A DNA stretch of 62,986 nucleotides, filler included, from Dimorphilus gyrociliatus (taxonomy: Eukaryota; Animalia; Annelida): NCBI GenBank assembly GCA_904063045.1. It is 4 parts of 4 records of this genome, joined end to end, with 100 filler letters (N's around TTAATTAATTAA, not from the genome) between each part and the next. Parts side by side here need not be neighbours in the genome. Positions count along the whole stretch, not along the records: positions 51,237 to 62,986 come from CAJFCJ010000196.1; 3 more parts are not named here. The stretch is one strand, 5' to 3'. This document shows, piece after piece, positions 59,532 to 62,986 of this stretch; the first letter of the stretch is position 1; every line of letters starts with the position of its first letter. The position numbers and the translations under genes were made by a program. A model generated the notes under the pieces. It worked only from the letters and a program-made list of their open reading frames with translations, was not told where the DNA came from and ran no database searches.

Positions 59532-61094
59532 GTAATCAGATTTTATATTTTTTCTTTCCATTTTCAAACGAAATTTGGCTGGTAAAAGCAGGAATTTTGT
59601 TGGTGTAAGTAGTCTTTACGCAAATCAAGTAACTTTGCATTTTTATAATTTATGTTTCATTCTCGTTCCCAAAATTAGGCAAACTTCTTATACTGTCTTT
59701 TTATCTGTGCTTCATAGCAAATAAAGAATGAAATATTTAACAAGAATCTTCTGCCATTCTTACCCAACAACAATGTTAAGTGTCCAAATGAGTCTTTCAT
59801 AAAAATTCCAGCTTGGACATCCACTAAAAATATGTTTTTAAATATAGTGTAAACATTATTTATTATATTATGACCAAACCTATCTATAAAAAGTAGAGTA
59901 GTATTGATAAAAAAGACTATTTTCGGTATACAATTCTACGAAAGATATTTAATACTGTAGTTGATAGATTATGCATTTAGAAGAATTATTTAAGTCCCAG
60001 AGTTGTTGACTATTGTAGCATAATCAATTATTGCTGTCTTTTTCAAAAAGTTAAGTTTTTGAAGAATTTACTCAAAAAAGAACGGCTTTGAAAGTCTTAA
60101 GAAATTTGGAGAATGTGTGCGTCAGAGGAAGAAGCTAAGAATGAAGCTAAGAACGCAATTTTCATTGTACCTAAACATATATGCCAAATCTCAATAAATA
60201 ATAAACAAAGTTTAAAATTATGACAATTAGTTTTTTTTAACAACGATCACTAAAAAGCCCTGTTCGATAGATAAATATTCCACAAAGGAATAAATAAGAA
60301 AAGATATTCAACTTTTTAGCAAAAGAATTCAGCAAATAGCATTTCAGTCAATAAATAGTGTCCAACAGACAATAGACAATTTAAAGTAGCCGTTTTTTTC
60401 ACTATCTAGCCTGTAATAAAAGTTAAGTTAAATCGTACAATACGACTGTGGACACTAGCCTTTTCTCCCTGAAAGTTTGCTACGTAGGAATGACAATGTG
60501 AGGGAAAATGGTGTATTATCAGTCCTAAAGGGAACCATACCAATGGTGATGTTTGTAATATATATGTTTCTTACAATCGTTTATCAAAAATTATAAATAA
60601 GTGGGAAAAATATAGTCTATATGGATAAAACAAAGAATTTTAAGAGACTCTAATGCAGAACATAATTGACGAGCAACTGGTAATTAGTGACCCTTAACTT
60701 TCTATTCTACATTCCGGAAAAATTTGTTTTTGATTGACCATCTCAATTAACAAATATCTAAGAATGGGCTCTCAGACTCTTGGATCATATCAGGATGAAT
60801 CACAAACTAGTGCGGCTTGTTCACAGTTTCATTAAAATTTTGTTTAAAGGGCAGGTATATCCATTTCTCTCCATTGCAGGAATAAGTGCTGTTTTTCTTA
60901 TTGTACTATGCTACAATAGCCCATACCTCCAATGTTTTAACAGATCTGGAAGTGATAAATTTCAGTGTAGGAAAAATATACATATCAATTTTCTGCTCAA
61001 ATGTGTCAGTTTGTTAACGCTTTTTTTTTAATTCAACAGTCAAATAAGTTTTTCGAATTTTCATGTCTTTTATACAAAAGTTCACACTTTTAAA

Positions 61095-62250
61095 TTATTC
61101 TTTTGAAATAAACTTATCGAGAGAATTTAGATAAAGAATATCATTAACATTGATTAGCCAACATTCCGATTTTCCTCTTGAAATGATTTCACTTGAATAA
61201 ATCTTCTTATTGATTTTTATGCTAGTTTTCTTTGAATTTTGAATTGATTGAAAAAATCTAAATGATTGATTCATTGCATAGCCTAAAAGGCCGTCAATTG
61301 ATTTGTATGATTCTATATTATTGATGAAAACATCGAGATAAACACCTATCATAGCATTCATTGATTTCTTGACAACAAAACTATTTTCCTCCAGACTGTC
61401 GTCATTTCTTGAGATTGTCAGATATAATAAATCAGTTTTTATACGTGCTACGATATGTCTATGTTTTATTTTGAATTTAAATGATTGATCATTCCAAGTA
61501 AGGAGATAAGCATTTTCCAAAAAACTTTTATAAGGTTGAACTCGAAAGTATTGGCCATCAATATCGAAGAGTATCTCATGCATATAGTAGTCATCCTTCA
61601 ATACTCCATATATGGTAATATTCTCTCTTTTATCATGGAAAATCTCTATTTTATCCCCTTTCGTAGAACTAACATCGAAACAAATATTTTTCCTTAATGT
61701 TTTATCATTTTTATCTGAAACAAGTAGCGCAAAATGAGGATCGCCACTTCCACCAGCTGCATCTAAAACTGACAACTCAAATATGAGGGGAATATTGTTT
61801 CCACCAGTTTCATTACAATCTATAAGTAAAGTAACCAGATCGCTGCCCTCCGCTTGACCATCAGATATTAAGGATATAGTTGCAGTTGCTTGTGATTGAC
61901 TCGGCATGTTGAAAACATCCTGCCCTATAACAGTATAGTCGGGATTGGGCGTCTCCACTCTTAAAGTCAGATAAAAGTGTATTGTAAAAATGTGAGTGAA
62001 GATAAAGCGAAAATACTCTTACGTGCATTCCACACCAAGATCTCCACTTGTTAAAGTTATTTCTACATTTGAGCCCTCTTGGTAAGGTGGGGTTCCTTTG
62101 ACCAGGCCAGTGATAGTAGCAGTAGATTTCACCTCAGGAATAACTGAACAATAGAGGAGAATTATTTTATTTTTATTTTCTAATAAACCTTGTAGTAAAG
62201 AGATACTACTCACTTAAGCAAACAACTACAATGCAAGCAAATCGAATCAT
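61095..62250 (-). CDS. Secreted GDPHF-motif protein, paralogue of 5092-6744 (three exons)
   Basis: Exon 1 MIRFACIVVVCL (62250-62214), exon 2 (about 62143-62022) and exon 3 from 61959 with GGSGDPHFA..RKNICFDVSS..IYGVLKDDYYMHEI..CWLINVNDIL; GT-AG junctions join in frame. Confidence 0.8.
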
Positions 62251-62748
62251 TTTCTTAGTTTTTTCACTCTTAAAATTGCAATTGCTTAGATAAAAATTCA
62301 CTAGATTGAAGTTGTATATCCTCTTCTCTGGTAGGAAATAACTAAATAAGCAGCCTTCTTTAGGAATAAATATAGAATATTTTCAATTCTCCATTGAAAT
62401 TGATAACAATGAAATCTGCTTGGTTTAAAAATGAATTTGACAAGAAAACATTTTTATAAATAAGTATATTTAGTTCTTTAACAATAAAAAATATCTCTTA
62501 CGTATTACTTACCTACTGAAGTCTTGGCATTATGCCATTTTGACTATCACATTGTTTACATTGTTCACATTTATCAAGATGAAAAACATTACAAAAATCA
62601 TATAGTTATAAGAAGAATTCAATCATTGATTTAGTGTAGAATCAGAGCTTTAACATTATTTATGCATAGAACAAAGAACCTTGAAAGATGATCAATCTTC
62701 TCTACTAACATTTAAATTTAAATTTTCCATATCTTCTTTAACTTTTAC

Positions 62749-62905
62749 GTATCCTCAATTTTGAAATACATTCCATGCAGCTCATCATGTGACTACAAGG
62801 CAAGAAGAATGTGTTTGCTGTTTTAGTCAAGCAGATTCTACATTGAAAACTATATTTTTCCCCACAAAAAGCAGTTTTCTCTTTGTTAAATGAACCATAC
62901 TTTGC
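62749..62905 (-). CDS. RING finger exon (zf-C3HC4_3-like), partial gene
   Basis: FQCRICLTKTANTFFLPCSHMMSCMECISKLRI followed by donor GTAAAAG. A candidate DKCEQCKQ continuation lies near 62580-62520, but no AG acceptor was seen. Confidence 0.65.
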
Positions 62906-62986
62906 GCTGCTGAAAATGAAAAATAACCTGACAACCATAAAATGATAAAACTGTCCCCAACATGCAAAAGAAACGTTACTTTGAAT

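Overview
AT-rich eukaryotic sequence, not prokaryotic. It consists of four contigs joined by an artificial 100-nt linker (44 N + TTAATTAATTAA + 44 N): 1-24675, 24776-38232, 38333-51136 and 51237-62986. Contigs 1, 2 and 4 look like one compact invertebrate genome, probably spiralian/annelid-like (inferred, not verified). They have GT-AG introns of about 55-75 nt, share repeat families and paralogues, and carry two intronless class A GPCRs, a GRL101-type LDLa-LRR GPCR, two secreted GDPH-motif proteins, RING genes and an NLR-like NACHT/LRR cluster. That cluster is built around a near-perfect 4.3-kb inverted duplication. Contig 2 ends in a decayed Ty3/Gypsy element. Its integrase ORF runs in frame into a signal peptide and a putative class III (chuvirus G / herpesvirus gB-like) envelope glycoprotein, which is the most notable item in the window. 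Contig 3 looks like a different organism, probably a microsporidian: it is intronless and more AT-rich, with CCC motifs before start codons, Merlin (ISXO2-like) and Ginger-like transposons, and families of signal-peptide genes. No rRNA, tRNA or CRISPR array was recognised. All family assignments come from motif recognition by eye; no database search was run.
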